A stretch of DNA of 34,344 nucleotides from a virus: IMG/VR virus record IMGVR_UViG_3300031994_000321; one strand, given 5' to 3'. Of the stretch, positions 6,799 to 12,961 are shown piece by piece (the stretch's first letter is position 1; each line of letters opens with the position of its first letter). The translations under genes were made by a program, and so were the position numbers. Below the pieces are notes generated by a model that searched no databases, was not told the DNA's origin, and saw only the letters and a program-made list of their open reading frames with translations.

Positions 6799-7188
6799 TT
6801 ATCCAATCTTTTTTTTCGGTTCTGATATATGAACGCCAGGCTGAAGCTGGTTTATCAATTCCTGCTGCATCTTCAACGTCTGACTCATATTCTTCAGAGC
6901 TTCGCTGAGGTTGTGATAAAATACAGCCGTAGCAGCAGGAATTACTATCTCTTGCGAAGGATCAGCGTTTGACAGTTGAGGTGCTGCCAGGTTCGCCTTG
7001 GCCCACATTTCAACCTTGTTGACAAGAGACTCCGTGCAGCTTTTCGGTTCTCCGTTTATTGCCGAATACAAACTTGTGCGGTCTATGCCGAGAAGTTCGG
7101 CAAATTGTTTTTTGTTGTGACATAGCCCTGCTTCGAGGGCCTTGCCATAAATCTCAAGTAAAATTTTTTGTCTTTCCTGAATAGTCAT
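6799..7188 (-). CDS. XRE/CI-like transcriptional repressor
   Basis: HTH KKQFAELLGIDRTSLYSAING near the N-terminus. Divergent from the early operon, in the position expected for a phage repressor. Confidence 0.75.
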   Translation of the reverse strand: MTIQERQKILLEIYGKALEAGLCHNKKQFAELLGIDRTSLYSAINGEPKSCTESLVNKVEMWAKANLAAPQLSNADPSQEIVIPAATAVFYHNLSEALKNMSQTLKMQQELINQLQPGVHISEPKKKIG

Positions 7189-7222
7189 TATTGTATGGTT
7201 TTAGGGTTGTCTCAAAAATTTT

Positions 7223-7271
7223 ATAGAATTTTCCGATAAAAAACTTGGAAAATCCAATATAAAAATTCTAT
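7223..7271. promoter_or_regulatory. Inverted repeats in the divergent switch region (operator candidates)
   Basis: atagaatttt (7223-7232) is the reverse complement of aaaattctat (7262-7271). An inner ttttcc...ggaaaa inverted repeat is also present. The right arm overlaps the -7 box. Confidence 0.5.
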
Positions 7272-7276
7272 CTTTG
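7269..7276 (+). promoter_or_regulatory. Bacteroidota-type -7 promoter box (TAnnTTTG) for the early operon
   Basis: tatctttg lies 29 nt upstream of the ATG at 7305. It is the same octamer as the box upstream of int. Confidence 0.55.
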
Positions 7277-7304
7277 TTTGTAGATACACACAAAGGTATA
7301 AAAA

Positions 7305-7508
7305 ATGACAGAATTAGTACAGAAGGCTTCGGTCAGAGCTACCATAGCGCAGATGGGAATAGGCGAAACTATCGGTCTTGCTTGTGACATTGTGTCGAGC
7401 AGCACTGTTCGTGGTTATGCGGTGGCTCTCGGAGTCGAATTACAACGAAAGTACACCGTCCACCTCAACCGGAATAACCGAACTTATGAAGTGACCCGCC
7501 ATGAGTAA
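7305..7508 (+). CDS. Small early protein in the Cro position
   Basis: 67 aa and first gene of the rightward early operon, opposite the repressor. No motif recognised. Confidence 0.55.
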   Translation: MTELVQKASVRATIAQMGIGETIGLACDIVSSSTVRGYAVALGVELQRKYTVHLNRNNRTYEVTRHE

Positions 7509-7794
7509 TCTCGAAGCATTGGTACAGTCAGCGGCAGCGCAAGGAGCAGCCCAGGTAATTGAGACCCTCGGTCTCAGTGCCGGGGAGATCTCCTTCCGCA
7601 GAGCCCGCGACATATATGGAAAATGGTTTACAGATGCAGTGAAGAATGGCCGCGTTCATCCCAGCAGGGTGGATAACGGCCCGAGAGGTATCCGCCGTTT
7701 CCGTATAGTGGACATCCAGCAGCTGAAGACTGCCGACCTGATGAGGGCTGAACTTCAAACGAGAGAAATTAACCCCAAAACCATACAGCAATGA
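7501..7794 (+). CDS. HTH DNA-binding protein (MerR/excisionase-like)
   Basis: LGLSAGEISFRRARDIYGKWFTDAVKNGRVHPSRV...RRFRIVDIQQL resembles excisionase-family HTH proteins. ATG overlaps the upstream stop. Confidence 0.5.
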   Translation: MSNLEALVQSAAAQGAAQVIETLGLSAGEISFRRARDIYGKWFTDAVKNGRVHPSRVDNGPRGIRRFRIVDIQQLKTADLMRAELQTREINPKTIQQ

Positions 7795-7979
7795 AGAAAG
7801 TATTATCAACAATTCTTGCCCTGGCATGCTTTGCATCAATGATGCTGGCGGCGGGCGAAAAGCCTGACGGCTCACCGGCAATCTGGTGGAGCCTCGGTTG
7901 CATCGCAGTCGCCTGCCTATGCGGATGGCTGTTCACAAAAGTCAACCCCAACTTCAGACGGGAGGGCCTTTACCTATGA
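7791..7979 (+). CDS. Small membrane protein (signal/TM plus second TM)
   Basis: MKKVLSTILALACFASMMLAAG followed by AIWWSLGCIAVACLCGWLF. ATGA overlap upstream. Confidence 0.55.
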   Translation: MKKVLSTILALACFASMMLAAGEKPDGSPAIWWSLGCIAVACLCGWLFTKVNPNFRREGLYL

Positions 7980-8170
7980 AAACGGCAGACCTCAACCGAC
8001 TGAGCAGGGCCGGCAGCGACCTTGCCATTGCGCAGGGAAGGCTTAATGCCATCAAGTGGGAGGGCGTGAGCCAGTTTGAATACGAGCTGCTCACGAAGGC
8101 TAAACGCCACATCTGCGATGCCCAGGATTATCTTGCAGACATCAAGAATATTCAGATTCCGAAGCCATGA
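7976..8170 (+). CDS. Hypothetical small protein
   Basis: The internal ATG at 7976 forms an ATGA overlap with the upstream stop. 64 aa. Confidence 0.5.
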   Translation: MKTADLNRLSRAGSDLAIAQGRLNAIKWEGVSQFEYELLTKAKRHICDAQDYLADIKNIQIPKP

Positions 8171-9111
8171 GTGATCTGAATGCAACTGACGGCTATATCG
8201 TCCACGGATGGATGGTGACTGAGCTTGGGCTGCGAGGGCCGGAACTCACCACCTTCGCCATCGTGCATCAGTTCTCGCAAAGCAAGGCGGGAATCTACAA
8301 GGGTGGTGTACCTTACATCATGGCCTGGGTTGGATGTTCGGATGTTTCTGCGCGGAAGTATCTGCATAGCCTTGAGAAGAAAGGGCTCATCAGATCTGTG
8401 CCTGGCGCAGTAAATGGAGTGCCTTTCCGTGATTATCAAATTCTTGATAATCATATACCCAAAATTCTTGGGGATACCCCCAAAATTCTTGGGGATACCC
8501 CCAAAATTCTTGGGGATACCCCCTCGCAAATCCTTGATAATCATACCCCCAAAATTCTTGGGGATACCCCCAAAATTCTTGGGGATACCCCCAAAATTCT
8601 TGGGGTAGATAATAATAGAAAAAAAAATAAAGATTTTTTTTTAGTGAAAGAGAAAATCGTTTCGAACTTTTTCTTCCAAAATTGGCGCGACCCGAACGGC
8701 GAGTTCGACAAGCTCGTCGCGTACAACAGCGGTCCCGCGGTCAAGAAAAAGTGGGACGCGATGTCCGACAAGGAGCGCGAGGCCGTTGCAAAGCTTTGGA
8801 GGCAGGAACCTCAACAGAGGCCTCGCTTCGATAATGCTTTCTTGTCTTACTGGCGAGATGTATATCTCAAACTCTACGGGATGGACGCTCCGGTCCAGAT
8901 TCGTCTTGCTGCCCTCGATGACAAGTTGAGGTATAATGTGCGGGACGGCAAGCTCGCCCTCACGATAGCCGCAGAGCTCAGGGACTACCTGGAGCAGCAT
9001 GCGGAGTCATTCAGGCCGATATTCGTGCGGCTGCAGAAAGAGAAGGGCTGCACGAAGCTGACTTATAACATACTAACCTTATCAGCCCCTGACAAGGCAG
9101 GAGCGCGGTGA
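8167..9111 (+). CDS. Replication initiator-like protein (N-terminal winged-helix) containing the origin iterons
   Basis: N-terminal wHTH-like LTTFAIVHQFSQ...ARKYLHSLEKKGLI. The internal PKILGDT x6 repeat is encoded by the iteron array. The gene layout resembles lambda O/ori. Confidence 0.65.
   Translation: MSDLNATDGYIVHGWMVTELGLRGPELTTFAIVHQFSQSKAGIYKGGVPYIMAWVGCSDVSARKYLHSLEKKGLIRSVPGAVNGVPFRDYQILDNHIPKILGDTPKILGDTPKILGDTPSQILDNHTPKILGDTPKILGDTPKILGVDNNRKKNKDFFLVKEKIVSNFFFQNWRDPNGEFDKLVAYNSGPAVKKKWDAMSDKEREAVAKLWRQEPQQRPRFDNAFLSYWRDVYLKLYGMDAPVQIRLAALDDKLRYNVRDGKLALTIAAELRDYLEQHAESFRPIFVRLQKEKGCTKLTYNILTLSAPDKAGAR
8437..8606 (+). repeat. Iteron array (candidate origin of replication)
   Basis: Six copies of the 21-bp unit cccaaaattcttggggatacc, at 8458-8520 (3 copies) and 8548-8606 (3 copies, the last truncated). 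Each trio is preceded by caaatYcttgataatcata. Each unit contains a cccaa/ttggg inverted repeat. Confidence 0.75.
8607..8650 (+). other. AT-rich tract adjacent to the iterons (candidate DNA-unwinding element)
   Basis: agataataatagaaaaaaaaataaagatttttttttagtgaaag includes A9 and T9 runs inside an otherwise GC-richer gene. Confidence 0.6.
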
Positions 9112-9194
9112 AAGTCCGCAATGGAGTGTTGTAATCTTACCTCGGATGTTAGTAGCCCGAAAGGGCAGGCAGGGTGGTCCTAATGGAAAGGATA

Positions 9195-9309
9195 CGGCGG
9201 CGATAGTATAACTCGATTCGGACAAAGGGCCCCGGCGAGATAGGCGGTTAATCGGATAGGCCGCTCAAATCTGGAACATTAGCCGGTTCGACTCCGGCTC
9301 CGCCGACCA
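9195..9309 (+). ncRNA. tRNA-like structured element (canonical T-arm, acceptor 3' strand, ACCA); not a canonical tRNA
   Basis: The T-arm is gccgg-ttcgact-ccggc (9282-9298), followed by tccgccg-a-cca (9299-9309). Two candidate 5' acceptor strands exist: cggcggc (9195-9201, 6 of 7 pairs) and cggcgag (9233-9239, 77-nt span). I could not find a 5-bp anticodon stem with a 7-nt loop. Confidence 0.35.
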
Positions 9310-9326
9310 ACATTAACCTATCAGAT

Positions 9327-9608
9327 ATGGAAACAACTACACTCACACCCCCCCAGAAGCTGGAAGTCATCAAGGCTCTCCAGCACAACGCCAACCGCAT
9401 CGGTCAAAGAATGCGCAGAACTCAGCGACGAATCGACTCCCAGGATCCAGAGATCCTTGCCCGATTTGAGGAAAGTCCCGAATATAAGGCATACCTGGAG
9501 GCGCTTGTTGCTGCAAGGCAGAAACGCATCGAGAACATTCTCGCTCTCATCGGCATGCTGGATCAGGATATATCAGAAATGTCAATATCAACGCTGAATA
9601 ATATTTAA
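9327..9608 (+). CDS. Hypothetical protein (helical)
   Basis: 93-aa ATG ORF with protein-like composition. Confidence 0.6.
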   Translation: METTTLTPPQKLEVIKALQHNANRIGQRMRRTQRRIDSQDPEILARFEESPEYKAYLEALVAARQKRIENILALIGMLDQDISEMSISTLNNI

Positions 9609-9619
9609 AGCAAAACATT

Positions 9620-9916
9620 ATGAAAACAGATTACACAGGAAAGAAAGTGATCGTCCGCGCATACGGCGCAGGCGTGTTTTTCGGCACACTCAAAGAGAAG
9701 GAGGGCGACGAAGTCGTCCTGACGGATGCCAGGCGCATCTACTACTGGCACGGCGCATCGGAGTGCATAGAGCTGGCCACCGCAGGCTGCGACTCGCAGT
9801 CCAAACTGACAAGACCGGCAGCGGAAGTCCTCATCGAGAAGGTAATTGAAATTCATCCCTGCACCGAGCAGGCCATTCACACCATCGAAGCTCTGGCAAT
9901 ATGGAAGTACAGGTAA
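9620..9916 (+). CDS. Hypothetical protein (small conserved phage family)
   Basis: The pattern KKVIVRAYGAGVFFGTL...VVLTDARRIYYWHGA recurs in small phage proteins of unknown function. Confidence 0.65.
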   Translation: MKTDYTGKKVIVRAYGAGVFFGTLKEKEGDEVVLTDARRIYYWHGASECIELATAGCDSQSKLTRPAAEVLIEKVIEIHPCTEQAIHTIEALAIWKYR

Positions 9917-10647
9917 CAGTAACAGAGGAGGTACGCAGATTCCTGCTCGTTAATGACGGCTCCGGCGACGGCTCCGGCTACGGCTCCGGCGACGGCTCCG
10001 GCTACGGCTACGGCTCCGGCTACGGCTACGGCTACGGCTACGGCTACGGCTCCGGCTACGGCTACGGCTACGGCTACGGCTCCGGCTACGGCTCCGGCTA
10101 CGGCTCCGGCTACGGCTCCGGCTCCGGCTACGGCTACGGCTACGGCTCCGGCTCCGGCTACGGCTACGGCTACGGCTACGGCTCCGGCTTGAACATCCTC
10201 GACGGAAAGGCCGTGCATGTCATTGATGGCTTGCAGACCATCATCGAGAGCGTCCACGGCACATACGCCCGCGGCTGGATTCTCCAGAAGGACCTCACTC
10301 TTGGGCCATGCTACATTGCTAAGGTGGGCAACTACTTTGCACACGGCAAAACGCTCAGGAAGGCCCAGGCGGATGCTCAAGCCAAGTATGAGAAGAACAT
10401 GCCGCTGGCAGAGCGCCTTTCCGCCTTCAAACAACAGTACCCGACGCTCGACACCGAGGCGACGGCGGAAGACCTCTACCGCTGGCACGGAGTCCTGACA
10501 GGCTCCTGCCGCATGGGCCGTGACTCCTTCTGCAGGGAACATGGCATCACGATGGCCGACACCATGACGGTGCGCAGGTTTATCGACTTAACAAAAGACG
10601 CCTATGGCGGGGATGCCATCAGACAGCTGGCAAAACAATATCAATGA
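9901..10647 (+). CDS. Protein with an N-terminal [G/S]Y[G/S] low-complexity repeat and a globular C-terminal domain
   Basis: Residues about 19-96 are only G, S, Y and D (GSGDGSGYGSGYGYGYG...). The C-terminus (GNYFAHGKTLRKAQADAQAKY...YRWHGVLTGSCRMGRDSFC) looks folded. Confidence 0.75.
   Translation: MEVQVTVTEEVRRFLLVNDGSGDGSGYGSGDGSGYGYGSGYGYGYGYGYGSGYGYGYGYGSGYGSGYGSGYGSGSGYGYGYGSGSGYGYGYGYGSGLNILDGKAVHVIDGLQTIIESVHGTYARGWILQKDLTLGPCYIAKVGNYFAHGKTLRKAQADAQAKYEKNMPLAERLSAFKQQYPTLDTEATAEDLYRWHGVLTGSCRMGRDSFCREHGITMADTMTVRRFIDLTKDAYGGDAIRQLAKQYQ
9955..10188 (+). repeat. Hexanucleotide microsatellite-like array (ggctac / ggctcc / gacggc units)
   Basis: 234 bp built almost entirely from GGCTAC and GGCTCC hexamers. 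In frame, it encodes the GY/GS repeat. Confidence 0.9.
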
Positions 10648-10660
10648 GGATAGTTCGGCT

Positions 10661-10945
10661 ATGAGGAAAATAATGTTCAAAGACAAGTACGGCCTCACGA
10701 AGGCCGTGTTGGAGGGGCGGAAGACGATGACGAGGAGGATAGTACCGGAGTGTAGATCACTTGAGACCCTAATATTGACGGCCGTTGCACTTGTAGCGAT
10801 TGTCGCTTGGATGGCCGCCATCTGCATAACGTACGAACATGGCCACGTGAGTCTATTCTGCATATTGTTCGTCGGGCCGTTCGCCGTAGGTGGCATTATC
10901 GCCGCCGCAAGACTTATATACGCCATAATAAGAGAAAAACTATGA
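10661..10945 (+). CDS. Membrane protein with an ASCH-like N-terminal remnant
   Basis: MRKIMFKDKYGLTKAVLEGRKTMTRRIVP resembles the start of ASCH-type phage proteins. It is followed by two hydrophobic helices rather than the expected beta-barrel. ATG at 10661 chosen. Confidence 0.5.
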   Translation: MRKIMFKDKYGLTKAVLEGRKTMTRRIVPECRSLETLILTAVALVAIVAWMAAICITYEHGHVSLFCILFVGPFAVGGIIAAARLIYAIIREKL

Positions 10946-11904
10946 ATCGAAAAGAAGCAATCGAAAGAATTAAGTACTGCATAGGGAAACAAGCGTGGGC
11001 TTTGGATGAAATTGACACGGAAGCCCTGTATGAAGTAATCCCCGAACTGCGCGAGAGCGAGGACGAGAGGATAAGGAAGATAATTTACAACTGCGTATAT
11101 GAGTGCTGTGTTACTGGCTATCTTTTGAAAGATGATAGAGATAGTGTTGTCGCTTGGCTCCAAAAGCGAGAAGGGCAGAAGCCTTTGAAAGTAGGAGAAA
11201 ACGCCTACTTTGACCCAAACACAGATATGTGGTTTATTAAAAAAGAGCAGAAATCAGCAGAGTGGGATGAAATCCAATCAGAATTCAAAAACATCAATGA
11301 AGCATTTGAAGATGGGAAAAAGGAAGTGGTTGATAATCCAGAAAAATATGGCCTATGCAAGCCCACAGAGTGGAGCGAGGAAGACGAGAAGGTGCTGAAT
11401 AGCATTATAGCATATATTGAAACTGGTAATATCTACGCAACATCAAAAGTTAATATGAAAGTCTGGCTCAAGTCCCTCCGTCCCCAGTCGAAGCAAGAGT
11501 GGGACGAATTTGATGAGGACTGCTTGAAGCGAGCGATTTGGTATGTAGAAAATCCGGCTCCATCGGTAGTGAAAGACACTAATCTTGTCCTATGGCTCAA
11601 ATCCCTTCCAGGAAGATTCAACCTTCAGCCGAAGCAAGAGTGGAGCGAGGAAGATGAGAATATGGTTAAAATGATTCTCGGAGATTTAGAATGGGAAAGA
11701 AGAAACACAACAGTAGATAAAGATATACGGCTTTATGATGAGAAAATTGCTTGGCTCAAATCTCTCCGTCCCCAGCCTCATTGGAAGCCCAGCGAGGAGC
11801 AGAAAGACGGTTTATTCCACGCTTGTAATCGAATGACTGGAGATTATTATCACAATGCTCTTGTGTCACTCTATGAAGACCTCAAGAAGTTGATGGAGGA
11901 ATAG
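10942..11904 (+). CDS. Repeat protein (WLKSLRPQ...W-S/D-E-E-D-E units, at least 4 copies)
   Basis: ATGA overlap start. Repeated AWLQKREGQKP, VWLKSLRPQSKQEWDEFDEDCL, LWLKSLPGRFNLQPKQEWSEEDENMV and AWLKSLRPQPHWKPSEEQ. AT-richer than its neighbours. Confidence 0.7.
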   Translation: MNRKEAIERIKYCIGKQAWALDEIDTEALYEVIPELRESEDERIRKIIYNCVYECCVTGYLLKDDRDSVVAWLQKREGQKPLKVGENAYFDPNTDMWFIKKEQKSAEWDEIQSEFKNINEAFEDGKKEVVDNPEKYGLCKPTEWSEEDEKVLNSIIAYIETGNIYATSKVNMKVWLKSLRPQSKQEWDEFDEDCLKRAIWYVENPAPSVVKDTNLVLWLKSLPGRFNLQPKQEWSEEDENMVKMILGDLEWERRNTTVDKDIRLYDEKIAWLKSLRPQPHWKPSEEQKDGLFHACNRMTGDYYHNALVSLYEDLKKLMEE

Positions 11905-11906
11905 CA

Positions 11907-12356
11907 ATGAACGAACAAGTAAAAGCAATCCGCGACGAGGTAGAACGGCTGCGCGATAAACACGAAAAGGCGGCACGCGCCTGTTCTGGACTGAATGTCG
12001 TAGCGATGACGCACGGCGGTGCGCAGAAAGTATGCGACGAAATTCTCACCATCATCGACACCCTTGGGGGTGGAGACAACATAAAAAGAGATATGGACAA
12101 GAAAGGTGCTCTATGCTGGAACCGAGTAAAGTGGCCTGTAACGATAGTGGCAGACCGCTATAATGGCCTATATAGCCGAGGCGAATGGCTCGCCTTTCCC
12201 TGCCAGCCTCAGGACATACCTGCAGCAGTCTTTGGGGAAGACAATGAATGCGATGAGTTCTGGAAAAACTACGAGGAGCCCGTTGGCAAAGGAACCTATG
12301 CTGACGATGCCCTCGAAGAACTGATATACTTGATGAAAATGCTTAATAAGAATTGA
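11907..12356 (+). CDS. Hypothetical protein (conserved phage C-terminal domain)
   Basis: 149 aa. The motif ADRYNGLYSRGEWLAF...ECDEFW...VGKGTYADDALEEL recurs in phage proteins of unknown function. Confidence 0.65.
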   Translation: MNEQVKAIRDEVERLRDKHEKAARACSGLNVVAMTHGGAQKVCDEILTIIDTLGGGDNIKRDMDKKGALCWNRVKWPVTIVADRYNGLYSRGEWLAFPCQPQDIPAAVFGEDNECDEFWKNYEEPVGKGTYADDALEELIYLMKMLNKN

Positions 12357-12358
12357 TT

Positions 12359-12742
12359 ATGAAAACAAGAGATGTGATCATTGGAGGTTTTAGCCTCTTA
12401 TTACTATTGGCGATAATCGCCGGACTACTCATTGGTGGACCTCGTTACCGTGTTTGGGCCGAGGGCAAGAAAGGTGAGGCTGAATTTATGAGGGCGGAGC
12501 AAAACCGAAGAATAAAGGTAGAGGAAGCTAAGGCTAACCTCGAGGCTGAAAAACTCAATGCTCAGGCAGAGATTGAAAGGGCGAAGGGCGCAGCCGAAGC
12601 CATCGCCATCGAAAACGGAAGCCTGACACCGACATACATTCAGTATTTGTGGGTAAGGCAGCAGAACGCGAACACCAATAATCGCATTATCTACATACCG
12701 ACGGAGGCTGGATTGCCAATACTTGAAGCAAAGAATGAATGA
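12359..12742 (+). CDS. SPFH/Band-7-like membrane-anchored protein (short form)
   Basis: N-terminal TM, then PRYRVWAEGKKGEAEFMRAEQNRRIKVEEAKANLEAEKLNAQAEIERAKGAAEAIAIEN...YLW...IYIPTEAGLPILEA, which resembles the HflK/C-stomatin C-terminal region. The track start at 12353 is TTG, so the ATG at 12359 is used. Confidence 0.6.
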   Translation: MKTRDVIIGGFSLLLLLAIIAGLLIGGPRYRVWAEGKKGEAEFMRAEQNRRIKVEEAKANLEAEKLNAQAEIERAKGAAEAIAIENGSLTPTYIQYLWVRQQNANTNNRIIYIPTEAGLPILEAKNE

Positions 12743-12745
12743 CCT

Positions 12746-12961
12746 ATGGAAATAGAAGGCATCCTTACTGGCATGATAAATTGCAAAGAGCCTATAACTG
12801 AAAGGCCGCTCCATTATCTCACAGTGGCCGTTCCGTGTTTTCAGGACGACTATCACCAAGTCGGCTACACATCATTCGACATACCCATTATTAGCGGCGA
12901 AATTCTGGCGGATCTACGACTCGGAGATAAAGTGAAAATAACGATTGAACCAATCAGATAA
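12746..12961 (+). CDS. Hypothetical small beta-rich protein
   Basis: 71 aa, 3 nt after the SPFH-like gene. The C-terminus is IPIISGEILADLRLGDKVKITIEPI. Confidence 0.5.
   Translation: MEIEGILTGMINCKEPITERPLHYLTVAVPCFQDDYHQVGYTSFDIPIISGEILADLRLGDKVKITIEPIR

Noticed and set aside
8437-8606. Regular 21-bp repeats that superficially resemble a CRISPR array
   Set aside because: The units are directly adjacent with no unique spacers. They are only 21 bp, stay in frame inside a long ORF (PKILGDT repeats), and are followed by an AT-rich tract. That is iteron/origin architecture, not CRISPR, and there are no cas genes.
9105-9170. Cobalamin-riboswitch-like or RNase P-like hairpin GCGG-UGAAAGU-CCGC (GGTGnAAnTCC pattern) and a GNRA hairpin
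   Set aside because: Only this one local motif matches. The AGGGAA element, the GCCACTG core and the B12 box are absent, and the hairpin overlaps the stop codon of the upstream ORF. That is insufficient for a riboswitch or RNase P call.
9233-9309. 77-nt span as a bona fide tRNA-Pro gene
   Set aside because: The acceptor has an A-C mismatch. The D-like hairpin has a 13-nt loop. No anticodon stem-loop can be formed from 9265-9281. It is therefore reported only as tRNA-like.
9877-10542. Alternative-frame and antisense ORFs across the hexamer repeat (AVAVAGAG... and PATATAT... products)
   Set aside because: These are artefacts of the GGCTAC/GGCTCC repeat, which is open in several frames. Only the GYGS frame continues into a folded-looking domain and fits the start/stop context.
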